Positions 38,759-39,701 of a DNA stretch of 39,701 bases are shown here, piece by piece. Position 1 is the stretch's first letter, and every line of letters begins with the position of its first letter. The notes under the pieces were generated by a model. The model worked only from the letters and a program-made list of their open reading frames with translations, was not told where the DNA came from and did not search any database. This DNA comes from Elusimicrobiota bacterium (GTDB lineage: Bacteria > Elusimicrobiota > Elusimicrobia > UBA1565), in contig JBDRPD010000084.1 in assembly GCA_043827405.1 (NCBI GenBank), forward strand, positions 1-39,701, given 5' to 3'. Position numbers and translations under genes: made by a program.

Positions 38759-39606
38759 TTGTGAAGGACTCCCCCCCTTCCGTTGCTGAAAGAAAAGCCG
38801 TCGTCTTCATAGAATCCGGCGAATTGGCATCGCCCCATAGATGAGCGGAAGTCCTTCAACTCCGCGAAATAGATAAAATCCATCTCCCACTCCCGCGCAT
38901 ACGCCGACAACTGCTTCTTCAGGCCCGGCGCATCCATCGTTAAATATAGGACAACGCCTTCCGGGAACTGCTCCAGCATCCGCTCTTTATACGCCTCCCA
39001 AATCTTCCGATACGCCGCCGCGGACTTCTTGGACCGCTCGACCTCAATTGCCCTCGGCCGCGGCCCATTAACAACCCACAGGTCAGACAGAATGAGCCGA
39101 TTATGGTGCGGAAGTCGCGCCAAACGCTTTACTTCAACCCGTTCCCTTTCCGTCGTAACCCGCAAGTCAAAGAGTTCCTGCAGGACCATCCCCACCGCGT
39201 TTACCGACATCTCATGGCGCAGAAAGTCCTCGGAAATGACCCGCGTAAAACCTACCTGAGAGGCCACCCCCCGCTGCTTCAGAACTTCATGACCAGACTC
39301 CGACAGACAGTAGAACTGCGGGTGATTCATAAACCGCAACGTACGAATAAGACCCGCCTCCCGCAAACGCAAAAGACGCTCGCCGCCGTACCTGTTATAG
39401 ATCCTACGATCCGCTTTATTGAAGAACCGATCCACACGTTTCTCCATCTCAATACCCCGCCAAAACAACAAACCTTCGCATTGTCCCAGCCCCAAAACTC
39501 CCCATTTCTCCAACGCCTTTAGTATCTCCAAGTCACGACTTTTCAACTTGATCCTCTCCAAAATTTCCCTTCTCTTCATCCGCTTAAAACCGCTTATCAT
39601 CCTCAC
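38755..39606 (-). CDS. Replication-relaxation family-like protein (wHTH + PD-(D/E)XK-like)
   Basis: RDLEILKAL...RLLRLREAGLI...YCLSESG...LRHEM...SDL...AIEVERSKKS pattern. Confidence 0.65.
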   Translation of the reverse strand: MRMISGFKRMKRREILERIKLKSRDLEILKALEKWGVLGLGQCEGLLFWRGIEMEKRVDRFFNKADRRIYNRYGGERLLRLREAGLIRTLRFMNHPQFYCLSESGHEVLKQRGVASQVGFTRVISEDFLRHEMSVNAVGMVLQELFDLRVTTERERVEVKRLARLPHHNRLILSDLWVVNGPRPRAIEVERSKKSAAAYRKIWEAYKERMLEQFPEGVVLYLTMDAPGLKKQLSAYAREWEMDFIYFAELKDFRSSMGRCQFAGFYEDDGFSFSNGRGGVLHK

Positions 39607-39701
39607 CTACCTTCCTCACTCATCACTCAAATCACACCACCATAAACCGCTGCCAACCGCCCCCCTGACTTCCCGACCCCGGCATCACAACCTCTTGGTT
39701 G

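Larger units (their letters stand above)
35750..39701. mobile_element. Integrative element at the tRNA-Asn 3' end (continues beyond the window)
   Basis: Serine integrase overlapping the tRNA 3' end, followed by an excisionase-like HTH gene and a replication-relaxation-like gene; no housekeeping genes. Confidence 0.75.

Overview
GC-rich bacterial chromosomal segment; the taxon cannot be determined from sequence alone, though the gene style is reminiscent of Elusimicrobiota (inference). The core is housekeeping. A minus-strand run holds yceD-rpmF-plsX-like-fabG-acpP-rnc-acyl-CoA dehydrogenase-etfB-etfA, a monomeric icd, glycosyltransferases, a patatin and a TPR-SpoIID protein. A plus-strand run holds tRNA-Lys, tRNA-Leu, tig, clpP, lon, a class V aminotransferase, a PilHIG-like ABC module and a signal-peptide-bearing LonC-like protease. 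Both ends abut mobile DNA at tRNA genes. At the left, a tRNA(CAT) 5' half (1384-1424, minus) is cut just after the anticodon loop and is followed by att-like repeats, a truncated IS1182 and a low-GC gene. At the right is the most striking locus: a tRNA-Asn(GTT) gene (35154-35749) split inside the anticodon (35/36) by a 521-nt group I intron. The intron carries an HNH endonuclease ORF in its P1 loop, and that ORF is open from upstream of the tRNA through the 5' exon. A large serine recombinase of an adjacent integrative element reads into the 3' end of the same tRNA from the opposite strand.
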